A stretch of 60,291 nucleotides of DNA, filler included, from Asterionella formosa (lineage: Eukaryota), in assembly GCA_002256025.1 (NCBI GenBank). It is 13 parts of 13 records of this genome, joined end to end, with 100 filler letters (N's around TTAATTAATTAA, not from the genome) between each part and the next. Parts side by side here need not be neighbours in the genome. Positions count along the whole stretch, not along the records: positions 1 to 4,555 come from NKIB01013458.1; positions 4,656 to 9,208 come from NKIB01013459.1; positions 9,309 to 13,861 come from NKIB01013460.1; 10 more parts are not named here. The stretch is one strand, 5' to 3'. This document shows, piece by piece, positions 1 to 10,543 of the stretch; the first letter of the stretch is position 1, and each line of letters starts with the position of its first letter. The position numbers and the translations under genes are program-made. The notes under the pieces are model-generated. The model did not search any database. It was not told the origin of the DNA and saw only the letters and a program-made list of their open reading frames with translations.

Positions 1-1193
1 CCAGCCCCACAAGCGTACATTCAAGAACTGCGACGATTACGATGAAAAAAGATTGACAATGTACAACTTGAGTTTTGTGGGGCGGCGAGCGGGCGAGAAT
101 AAATGACATGGTACCTGGTAAACATACAGGTACTTTGCGGGACTCCTTGCTGCTGAAGGAAAGGAATTTTCAATATTAGGCTGCACATATGATGATGATG
201 TATTGAAAATGTCACATGTACCAGGTAGACTACTGAGGATATGTGAACATGATGTAGAGAAAACTGGTAAATACCTTTGGGCAGTTGAAGGTTGATGAAG
301 TGGAAAAATTCGTCTCGTACATATGATGTGTTCTTTCATATTCACATATATGTGAACAGGTTGAATAAACAAATTATATAGATGGGCGTGGTACCTGTCG
401 TACCTTGATCCATTCTACTACGGGTAGCTAAGTGCTCCTTTTTCAGGTATGCTTCTACGGTGCACAACATTTCTGATTCTTGTAGACTCAATGATATACT
501 GCATTTTAACTGTAGTAGCTTGCCAGAGGCATAGTGGAAACCAAGTTCAACATGTAATTCACGCGGTGCAGCCTCGTGGTGTCGACTGTAATGTAGTAGT
601 ACCAGGACCAGTTATAGATGGCTTCAAGCCCAGTTATTGCATCGTTTTCCGACTAATTCTAGATTTATGCTAAAATCCCCACTTTCGCCCTTTGGCACGA
701 AATTAGTTAGTTCATTTAGTTAGCTACATGAGAATTAGATCATTTTTTACTTTAACATATAATAATTGAGATCTATCCATTTTAAAAGTGACAAGACTGG
801 TCAAAGTGGCTCAAAGCCATTGATTAAAATTTTTAACATACATGTAGTTAAATTTAAAGGTGACAGTTGGAAAATTCGATGTTTTTTGCAAGTGTTCTCG
901 CAGTAGTAGTAGTTGCATCGTTCTTAGACTGGTGGTGTTCCCATTTTCTCTTGTCAGTTCCATTGGCCAAAGATTCCTCGCAGTTTTTTCGCAGTTGTCT
1001 TTGCATCATTCTTAGACTGGTGGTCCTTGTTTTGAGATGCACATCATAGCTACAATTCAAACGAGATGACAATGCTGACAAGGACAACAACGACGATGAT
1101 TCAGGTGATGTGTGACCATGGAATATTTATGGTGCATGATCTTGCATCGTTCCCTGTGCATACGTACCAGCTAAGTAGTAGCTTTACCATGTT

Positions 1194-1428
1194 GGGGAAT
1201 GGCTTAGTGGTTAGCACACCCACCGTGGTGGCAGGTTCCATTCCTGCATTCTCCACCTGTCTTTTTCATGTAGTCCCTAGGGTTCTGGGGGGTGCGGCTG
1301 AAGAAAAGACAGGTCCCGTTATACTGTACAGACAAATAAAAAGGATACTAATTGTGTCCATCTATTTGGTGGGCCCGAGTGCAATTATTGGATAGCTTTA
1401 ATGTCCTAAAAAATTTCATTGACATTTT
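1194..1428 (+). mobile_element. tRNA-derived SINE, full-length copy 1
   Basis: Head 1194-1255 folds as an acceptor stem GGGGAAT/ATTCTCC-A, with an A-box-like TGGCTTAGTGG and a T-arm GCAGG-TTCCATT-CCTGC (B box). Flanked by a perfect 18-bp direct repeat TAGTAGCTTTACCATGTT at 1176-1193 and 1429-1446. Homologous copies at 21794-21891 and 45943-46176. Confidence 0.88.
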
Positions 1429-2575
1429 TAGTAGCTTTACCATGTTAATCTCAGAGGGAGGAATATTCTATGAAGGTTTCTTCATACAAACACATGACTG
1501 ATAAATCTCCAAAATTTTGAAATCGCCACGATCTATGATTTTCAATTTCTTCAAGAACTCTTGCTGAATCCTAGCAGCATCCCAGACTTAAGCTTTCTTC
1601 AACTTTTGTCTGGAATGCTGCCAAGATTTGCTAAACACTGCAATATCGTCACTGTGAACTTGCAACAAAGGGAATCGATTATTCTTTGGGTTGCGAAAGT
1701 TTTTCTACCATTTTGTTGCTCTGAGTGGGAAGAAGGGGAATCAGATATTCAGGTCTGTACTGCTGTGATAGAGCATGTCAAGGGACAAAGTGGTAACAAC
1801 ACAAAGGATGAGGCATTTCTTTAAGCTGGTCAAATGATTCAAAACACAGCCACCAATGTGCCCTTGATGTTGACACAACTTTCTGCAATGCAATAAATGA
1901 TTTAAAATAGTAGTAGACAAAAACAAAAACAACAACAACAAATACTACCCAATAACTCATTTGCAAAACCCATTTGAGTATGAGGATAATAATTTTAAGA
2001 TTAATAGCGAACTAATATCAATAATACTATTTTCTTTTACCAAGAATGTATATATTTATTGTAGTATTTTAATAAGAAACGAAACATACAGCAATGTAGA
2101 TTTTCTGAAAATGTTTGAATCATCTGTTGGAAAATGAGCCCAAGCATTGCCGTCATCGCCATTCACCAATCCTTTGTTACCATCAGTCAATGTGATTTGG
2201 AGCGCTCTGAAAGATATTGACTGTGAAACACTTCAATGACAGAAGCAAGTTCGCGGTTGAGAAAAATCATGCTCACGCGAACAATACAACAACAAAACCT
2301 TCACCAATTTGGACTGCTACTTTCATCATTTCGCATGAAACAAGCAGAGCTGACTGTTTACTTTCCAATACTCAACAATTCACTGATCCGTCAATAGTAA
2401 AGCATATCAAAAGGAAAGTTTACGCAATAACGAAAAACATTGTGGCTTCAAGAAATTGCGCCTTAGAAGGATGGATTATGTTTAAGGTAATGAAGCCGTC
2501 ATGTGGTACATGGATGACAATCATTGGGAGGACAACAAAAAAGATAAAGTAGACGCACATTTCCTTTCTTCTCAG

Positions 2576-2878
2576 TTGATTCAATAGCTCGTTTCGCTTG
2601 TTGGGAGCACTAGTGTTAACAAAAAAAATTGGTAACTGCTCTGGTCGTTGGACTTACTCACTTCTGTTGGAACATAACTGACGGGCACGTTTACCTTCTT
2701 TCAAAGTAAAGCTGACGAAGATGAGTTGATTCAATAGCTCATTTCGCTTGTTAGGGAGCACCAATGTGAAACAAAACAAAATTGGTAAAGTGCTCTTGTC
2801 GTTGGACCTATTCACTACTGCTGGAACATAAATGACGGACATGTTTACCTTCTTTCAAACTTAAGCTATCGAAAATGA
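2576..2878. repeat. Tandem duplication of a ~150-bp unit (2 diverged copies)
   Basis: GTTGATTCAATAGCTC..TTTCGCTTGTT..GTCGTTGGAC..GGAACATAA..GTTTACCTTCTTTCAAA occurs at ~2576 and again at ~2725. Confidence 0.85.
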
Positions 2879-3739
2879 ATCGCTAAGTTTTATTTGACAA
2901 AATTGGATACCTGAAATATACTTTTTCAATAACTGACTGACAATTTACTATTACAGACATATGCATCAGTTGCTTGGATTTGTGGTAAGAGAAGCAAGAG
3001 GATATGATGGAATCGCGTGATGTTGTGTCAGTGTAACATGACAAGCTAACAAGTCATATCTTCTCATTGTTACTGTAACTGCATAGCTAGGACAATAAAA
3101 CCAATCAAACAACGGAATAGTCGGCGAGTTCAGATTGACACTAACAGCAGGGAAAGAGATGCAACATAAGTAGGTACTGCCTGACAAATGATTCAGAATA
3201 GAAGAATAAATGAGCGAGACAGGAACATTATATATTGAGATGAGTGGAGAGAGAAATGTCTGGTAGCTGTAGAACCATGGATAACATTGCTAAATTTGAT
3301 AGTTAAATTACAATCCATATCAATCTATTTTGAACAATTTTTGTGATTAGAAGAATTATGATCATGTTTAAGATAGATATACTATGAAACAATTGACATG
3401 ATAGCATAGAGTTAAGCTTATTGTAGGATGCGTTGTAGTAATAATTTACATTTGGCGATCACAAGAAAATAAAATAAAATGAGAAGGTTTATGATGTTGA
3501 TAAGAAATGTTGTGGATCAGTTGATATACATTTTGTGATTATAATGATCTTATTGTCATTATATTCAAGTTTGGTAAAATATTAATGAATCATCATAGTT
3601 ACAGGATACCTTGATTGTAGTTTGATCCAAAAATTATCATGTATTACGAAAATCCTGTGCCACTTAGCATACAATACCCTTGATCCTATTTGCATGATAC
3701 TTTTTATTTGCAGATGGCCGCTTCTGGTCGAAATACTTC

Positions 3740-4125
3740 CAAGGTGAAGAAGTCAAGGCACACTTCGGAAGCCTTGAGTGTGGCTTTGCAGATGACTGGC
3801 CAGGAAAACTGGGTGACAACAAAACAATGGTGGACGCCAAATAGATTGTTTGAAGTCCTCTCGTCAGCAGTCACAGAAGTAAATGCTATGCTGGTATATA
3901 AACACTTCCGCAAAGATGAGGTTGATGGCATGCTCGGTTTTAAGAAGATGAAGAATCGCCTTGAAGGTCGACGAGATTGACAAAAAATGCTAAGCACAGA
4001 GTTTTCCAGCTACCTAAAGGCAAGAAAATTATTGGTAGAGATATATCAGCCTGTCGAGCCGGAAAGATTCCGTACTTTATATACCTGCACGGGTACCGGA
4101 ATGTCGATATGCCCGCTATATATAA
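3740..4125 (+). pseudogene. Degenerate piggyBac-like (DDE_Tnp_1_7-type) transposase C-terminal remnant
   Basis: Frame-broken peptides TKQWWTPNRLF..AVTEVNAMLVYKHF and RTLYTCTGTGMSICP resemble the W..R.F..L....VNA.L.Y motif and Cys-rich tail of piggyBac transposases. Confidence 0.4.
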
Positions 4126-4555
4126 CCAAGGATATTTATGACTGTACAAAGGGTATAAATATTACTTTGCCGGTATTTATGCAGCTTTCTATTGAAAAGG
4201 AGGCACTGCCCATCACTGATCGATAAAAACTTCTGAACATCACTCTTGCAATGCAGTCCACAGTCTGCAGCGCAAATTCGTAAAATCATAATACCATGAT
4301 AAGACCAACGGTGGACGATTCGCAAAACTCAGGATTAGTGGATGATTATTCCGACAATGACTGTTCAGACAATGGCATTGGGACAGTTCCCCAGAACCAT
4401 CGAATACCTGCGCTTCCCGTTCCCTCTATTCGATCGAGTTGTCAAAAAAGCTCAGAGGGATTGTCCAAAGGATCTTTACAAAGTGGTTTCAGAGGAATCT
4501 TCTCGGGCTTTAGCAAGAAGAGTAAGGAAGCGAGGAGTAACGAAGGGTCGCGTAT

Positions 4556-4655
4556 NNNNNNNNNNNNNNNNNNNNNNNNNNNNNNNNNNNNNNNNNNNNT
4601 TAATTAATTAANNNNNNNNNNNNNNNNNNNNNNNNNNNNNNNNNNNNNNNNNNNN
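4556..4655. other. Artificial 100-bp contig spacer (N-run, TTAATTAATTAA six-frame stop linker, N-run). The same spacer recurs at 9209-9308, 13862-13961, 18510-18609, 23158-23257, 27813-27912, 32456-32555, 37098-37197, 41738-41837, 46378-46477, 51017-51116 and 55655-55754
   Basis: Twelve identical spacers. The intervening contigs are 4537-4555 bp in nearly descending order, and genes are cut abruptly at the junctions. Confidence 0.99.
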
Positions 4656-5049
4656 CATGAAATGAATTGAAACAAGTGGAGCGAGGACCACCGGACAGAT
4701 GAGAACTTGATATGTGAGGTCCGAAAGAATACTTGACGAATATGCTACCAGTAGTACTACTGTTATGATCGGCACTTAAAACGTTAGTTGGTACCGCTAA
4801 TTATAGGATCAACAAAAGTAATAGAAAATTGTGGATATTTGTATCTGTATTATTTATTAGTCCGTAGTCATGCATTTCTGCTATATATTGGTACTATATA
4901 GTTGGATCAGTTTATAAAAAATGATACCGCGTATCCGGTGCATATTTTGTTTCGCTTGCATCATACAAATAATGATGGCTTTTTGCCTTCACCTTTTTTG
5001 CGTGTTTGCGAACACAAGCAGCATGCAACTTGCGTTGTGATGCTTTTTG

Positions 5050-5670
5050 TTGTCGGTTGATTGTTGTAGGTGCGATAGTTCGCATTCGTACTCAACCATA
5101 CGAATAGATCAACTCGTCTGTTGTTTATACACAGCACACATCAGATCATAGTCGTTTTTGGTCATTGATTTGTGTATGAATGTCTCGTCTGTTTGATCGT
5201 TCTTGTCATTGCCTTAGAAAAGGTCTCATTAACGGGTCGACAGTATGATGACATTTGTGTTTTGGTGGATTGTTGTAGATGAACATGCGAATGTTCGCAT
5301 TCATGCACAATCACACCAAAATAGCACAACCTGTTCAGTATCATCTGTCTTTGAAAGACATCAGAGTAGAATCAATGTTGGCCCTTGAGTTTGTTGTATT
5401 GTAGTCTTGTCATTGTAGCCATTGCTGTAGCAGTGAACTCGTTGATAGACACATATTGTTTGCAATTCGGCAGATTTGGTTGATTGTTGTATTTGTATTT
5501 GCGATTGTTCGCTTTCATGCACAATCATACTAATGTAGCTAATCTTGTTCTCTCATCTGTCTTTATAGGACATCAGATTAGAATCAATATTGGCCAATAA
5601 ATTTATTGTTATGTTGTCTAATCATTGTAGTCATTGCCATAGCAGTGGACTAGTTGACAGACATACATCA
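5050..5670. repeat. Degenerate tandem repeat, ~210-bp unit, 3 copies
   Basis: GATTGTTGTA..GTTCGC(A/T)TTC..CATCAGA..GTCATTG..GACA block recurs at ~5056, ~5267 and ~5478. Confidence 0.7.
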
Positions 5671-7738
5671 TTTTGCCATTGGCAAAGGTTTTCACCTTTT
5701 GCTCGAATGTGCCACAGGTATCATCATTTAAAGCTCACTTCATTTGGAGGCTATTAATGGATAGCAGCAGGTGTTAATTTTGCTACTGTAGCCTAGTCTT
5801 TTTGTTGCCTTCTTTGCAATATCCTAGGAAGAGGCCATGGTTTGTCATCGTCATCACTGCTACTACTACTTTACAAATTAAGGAAGAAGTCAGGGTCTTC
5901 TTCATATCCTTCTGCTATGCTGGAAGAAAAGTGCTACAGAGCCAAGCAAGTATCAATACTTCTTGGACCAAGGAAGATGAAAGGTAAGTATACAGATTGT
6001 TTATGTCTGCAAAAACCAATCATATTCCTATGATGCATCACAGGATTATGATCACCTGATCATATTTTTTTGTTATATAATTAAATAATTTTGATAAATG
6101 CCCTTGTAATTGAATTGGTAACCCTTTTGACTATGGATATTTAATTACAATATGTATTGTTTCTATTAGGATCCTTTACTTAAATTTCTTGATAGGATAA
6201 TGAACCAGCTTAAGTAATGTGGTTTGGTTCATCATCCTCTCCAGTCCTCATTCCAATTATTGCAAAACCGATAAAACAGCCATGTCGAGAGGAACAAGTG
6301 TTTGTGATAAAATCTTCATTTCTTGTTCAAGTCATCATATGTCTTTGATGAATCATCATCTACAGTGCACAGTATGTTTGTACGCAATCTGTTAAGATCT
6401 TGAAAAGAAATCCAATGAAAAAAAAGGCTCATCAAATCGCTCATCACACAACACAAATATTTCCGGTCTGTCACTGGAGCATCGATCAGTGTTACAACCT
6501 CAATCATAGCTAAACAACATTCATTATAGAACAGGACAATCTTCTTATAGTATCCCACCTGATTATGGTGTCTCCTATTCTTATGGCAAATATGCAACAG
6601 CAAAAGAGTATGTGCCATGTTATATCGCATAATCCTAGCTACTGTGCCTGCACTAATAAATCATTTTTTGGTGGTGACTTGTTAGAAGGATTATTTGGTG
6701 CAACTCCATTTGAGGTTCTTTATCAATAATATTTAAGTACATTTTGGAATCATTGTACAATTATCGGACTATCCCTGATGGTTTTTAAACAAAGAAAATC
6801 ACCAGATATTCCAGAGAACACGATGTCTACCGACATTTCACATAGGTATTATACAAACTGTTAGGGATAAAAAAAGAACGACCCTAAAAGCCATGCAGGA
6901 TACATAAGTACCGGTACTACTGTACGGAGTCTAAACTTGGTCGAGTTCGCGGAGTCATACAATGATTTTTTGATCACAGTTGTGATACCGATTTGTCAAT
7001 GGGTGACACACTACCTGGCTTGTACCGATATATCTTTAGTGCACTCACTGTATGAGGTTTTCCATGTACCATGTGGTAATTTCCAACTGCAAGTGCCGGT
7101 AGTTAATTGTCGTGCGCCATCGTCAACACCTCGCTGCATCCCTGATAGGACCGTACCAGGTTTTTAGTACCTGGTACCTGGTACCTGGTGTTTGAAATGT
7201 ATGTGTGGCGCTTCCTCCAGCTGGCTCCAGTCCTGCGCTGGAAAGAGGGGTCCAGACCTTGCTCATGCCGCTGCATCGTTTGCTTACCTATTACCGGTAT
7301 TCTAATTCAAATAATGTCTATTTCCGTATAGACATTCCACAGACTAGATCTAGTCCATGGACAGAAGTCGACATCAACAACAGCCCAACAGACACATTCT
7401 GACAACGTGCCCCTGGTACCAGTTTTGAGCATGAATGGAGGACTTTTTGCAAATCATGATGCCGTAATGTGAAACATCCTAGTTTAACACGCGCTGATAC
7501 GACATCATAGGTTTACATGAAAAATCAGACTGCATGTCAGAATAGCTATTTATTATGAATAGCCAAAGGCAGGAAAAGCAGTTTCCGCTAGAGTAAAAGT
7601 GATGACAAAATATGACGTACTCTAAATTTATATGATTTTTAAGACTCAGCAATGCAAAATACAACGGACAAGCGCAAAGCAAAGCTTGATATATTGGCAG
7701 GATTTATCATCGTCACAGCCGTCAAATCAATAAAATAA

Positions 7739-9208
7739 ATGATGAGTATAATAAATATCTTTTCGAAAAAAGGATTGCGCAACAATATTAACTCGATATT
7801 CGATCGGTGCGAGTCCATGAAGATATTGCAAAACCACTTTCCGACAAGGCTATGTAGAACTACAAGGCCTCCGAATGGTGCAAGTCACATCAGTAGCATC
7901 AATCGGAAACAAAACCATGATGAAAAACTATCAGGACCTCTTGCAAATAAGACAGAGGACACAGCCCTTCATGTGGCTATTTTGACCTGGTACTTGCTCT
8001 TCGGGGCGTTGCATGAGGTCTCCCATGTCCTCGCTGCTGCGGCCATTGGAATCGGAAACGAAGTCTCTGTCAAAGATATCCTTCTCGCTGTCCTTGGACG
8101 AGGAGTCATCATTCCTGGACTCTACAATGCTGATCCTGTCTCGGTGATGATCATTCGTCATAGCGGATGGATATCAAGTATCCTGTTGGGTCTCGTTGTC
8201 CATTTGATCCATTCAAGGACACACAGTGCAACCAATAATTGGATCAACTCAGCTCGCTCTGCTGCTTGGATTACAGCAGTCGAGGCGATAAGTACCGATC
8301 TTCTTGGCTTTGGCCTGTACGGCACCTTGAGCTCGTCCACTTTCCTTTGTGGCAACTTTGGAATTATCCTCATCAACCCACTCTGGACTGAAAGCTCCCA
8401 AAGTAGTAAACAGGTCCTTGATTTACTTGCCAAGATGATTAGTGTCACCATGATGCGAGGTGCACAGACTGGTGGAGTGATTGCTTGGGCAAAGAATGAC
8501 AACAATGAGATCTATGGGATTCGAAGTAGAGTTGTCAACGGCAAGCGGACAGATTTATCTAAAGGCGTCAAAGACAAAGTTAAGCGAGACACATTTACCC
8601 ACGGCAAGATTAAGGGAGGTATCCAAGGCTTCTATGGTCACACTCGCTTTGCTACTTCTTCAAAGGCTACTTTTGACGGGACACACCCTCATCAATGGAC
8701 ACCTCCAACAGTCAGACGAGTGTATCTCAGGAATGCCATGAATTCCAACAGTTGTCCAAAACCAAGCAGCTTGAAGGTAGAGAATTACATCTGTCACAAT
8801 GGTGACTTTGATTTCTTTCGTGTTAACGGTATTTACTATGATCTCAACAGCATCCAAGATTGGTTGGTCAAGGCGACCGGTGCTCCTATGCCGACTTCGG
8901 TTGACAGCTGCGCCATTGCTGGCATGATTGACATGATACGTACTTCGGGATGCTTCGCTTTGAGTGCTCGTTTTGCGTTGCTTCTAGGCATGTCAGGAAG
9001 TACCATTTCTGCAAATGATGATATTCCGTCATGGCCAGCTTTTGAGGAAGTTGGTACAGCTTTCGAGGTTGCACTTGAAGTATTCTGTGCGAAACACCTC
9101 ATTTCACCTGCAATGATAGGAGACAGTGAGGATCTCCGCCAAGGTCTCACCCTTGAAGCATCTCGAACCATCGAACCAGCATGGTACTACTCACATGAAG
9201 CCTTCACG
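7739..9208 (+). CDS. Class II (Ntn) glutamine amidotransferase-domain protein (GlmS/GFAT-like) with a hydrophobic HExxH-containing N-terminal extension; 3'-truncated by the contig end, start codon uncertain
   Basis: GAT-II motifs CGNFG, RG(AQ)TGG, GHTRFATS, THPH and HNGDF in the correct order. Upstream LHEVSH lies in a hydrophobic helix. Confidence 0.75.
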
Positions 9209-9308
9209 NNNNNNNNNNNNNNNNNNNNNNNNNNNNNNNNNNNNNNNNNNNNTTAATTAATTAANNNNNNNNNNNNNNNNNNNNNNNNNNNNNNNNNNNN
9301 NNNNNNNN

Positions 9309-9602
9309 CTTCTGGCACCATTTACATATCCAAACGGTCCACTCTGACATGCCATAATCAAACTTGCATAGGCAACCGTATTATTTCGTTTCGCACGCTT
9401 CTCATCGTTGTCGCTCGGGACAATCTTCACTCCAGCTGAATCTCTCTCACCTGGTGATACTTCATCTCCATTTAGTATTCCTTCAAAACCTTTGTAGCAG
9501 GCATAGGCCACAAATTTCGCTTTCCAAACATGCCACTTGGCTGGCATCGGTACCATCAAATGTTGGCAACCGCACTCCTGACGATTCGTCATCAATTCCC
9601 AT
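9309..9602 (-). pseudogene. Ty1/Copia gag N-terminus (element B), frameshifted and cut by the contig end
   Basis: ATG at 9602 gives MGIDDESSGVRLPTFDGTDAS; after a 1-nt shift it reads KWHVWKAKFVAYA..GFEGILNG..AYASLIMAC, a typical Copia gag start (F.G...W..W). Confidence 0.75.
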
Positions 9603-9782
9603 CTTGAGTACCCTTTCAAACCTATCCGCTTTAAAGCGTGTTGAAATGGTCCGTACTCCTTCCCGTGGGCTGGGTCTCTCTTCACGTAGACTCTTACGTG
9701 CTCGTAGTACTACCTAGTACCACTTACTTTCTCTCTTGTCTCTGCTTCTAGCCTTCCTGATAGATAGACTAATTGACCTTCC

Positions 9783-10044
9783 TGTCAATTAACACACTGT
9801 TTCCTCGGTTGATAATCTAAAACTCAAATTAAATTATAAGCTAAACTAAATGTTTCCTTTCCATGCATCTTTGCTTCCCGCAAAGTCGTTCTAAGACTCT
9901 CTTCGAGTTTCCACTTAACATTTCCATAGAAATCTTCAATCTTTGATCTTGTTAGACAGCTGATTGACGTGGCAATGCAATATTCGACTCGTTCGATTAC
10001 AATAGAGTCCACAATCCTTGTGACTCGGGCTAATATTCTTGACA
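9783..10044 (-). mobile_element. Probable 5' LTR of Copia element B
   Basis: 262-bp segment bounded by TGTCAA...TTGACA inverted termini, ~180 bp upstream of the gag ATG. Only one copy is visible. Confidence 0.55.
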
Positions 10045-10117
10045 GTAGGTACCAAACAGCAGTCAGTCAGTCAGTCAGATTAATTATATAACCGTACATA
10101 AATGTCTTGTATGTATC

Positions 10118-10543
10118 TGTTAAAGTATTACCTTTTTGATATATATAGATCTATATCGTTAGACAAAGAAGACTATAGATAGAGCCGTTCGTTTCTCTTT
10201 CCGTTTCTATATTCTTATTGTGAGTTTACTAATCTAGTTTAGGTTGTTCTGTTTGAACAAACAAACGAACTATTCTCCAAATGCTGTTTGCATTTCTAGA
10301 AACATACAATCATAGATAGACCCATGTCTATCTCACACTTACTGACCATAGGTTTTTAACCATGATCATTCATTTCAAACTATCGGTCTTCCGAAATAGC
10401 TTACATTGTCCGGCTCATTATAGTCGGAGTAACAAGGTATAATGTGTGGTTGATGAGAGCTTGGTACATCAAAGTGGACTCAATCGAATCATTTGACTCG
10501 TTTGACTCCGAGTCCTAACTACGTAGATGAGCTCACTTTAACA
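10118..10543 (-). mobile_element. 3' LTR of Copia element A (426 bp)
   Basis: TGTTAAAGT...ACTTTAACA 9-bp inverted termini, immediately preceded on the minus strand by the polypurine tract GGAACAAGGAGAG (10544-10556). Partial copies at 21915 and 50163. Confidence 0.92.

Noticed and set aside
1194..1255. Functional tRNA gene
   Set aside because: It is only 62 nt with no proper anticodon arm and is embedded in a TSD-bounded repeat, so it is a SINE head.
3677..4153. piggyBac TIRs (CCCTT...AAGGG) around the transposase remnant
   Set aside because: The match is only ~5-8 bp and the flanks are not TTAA.
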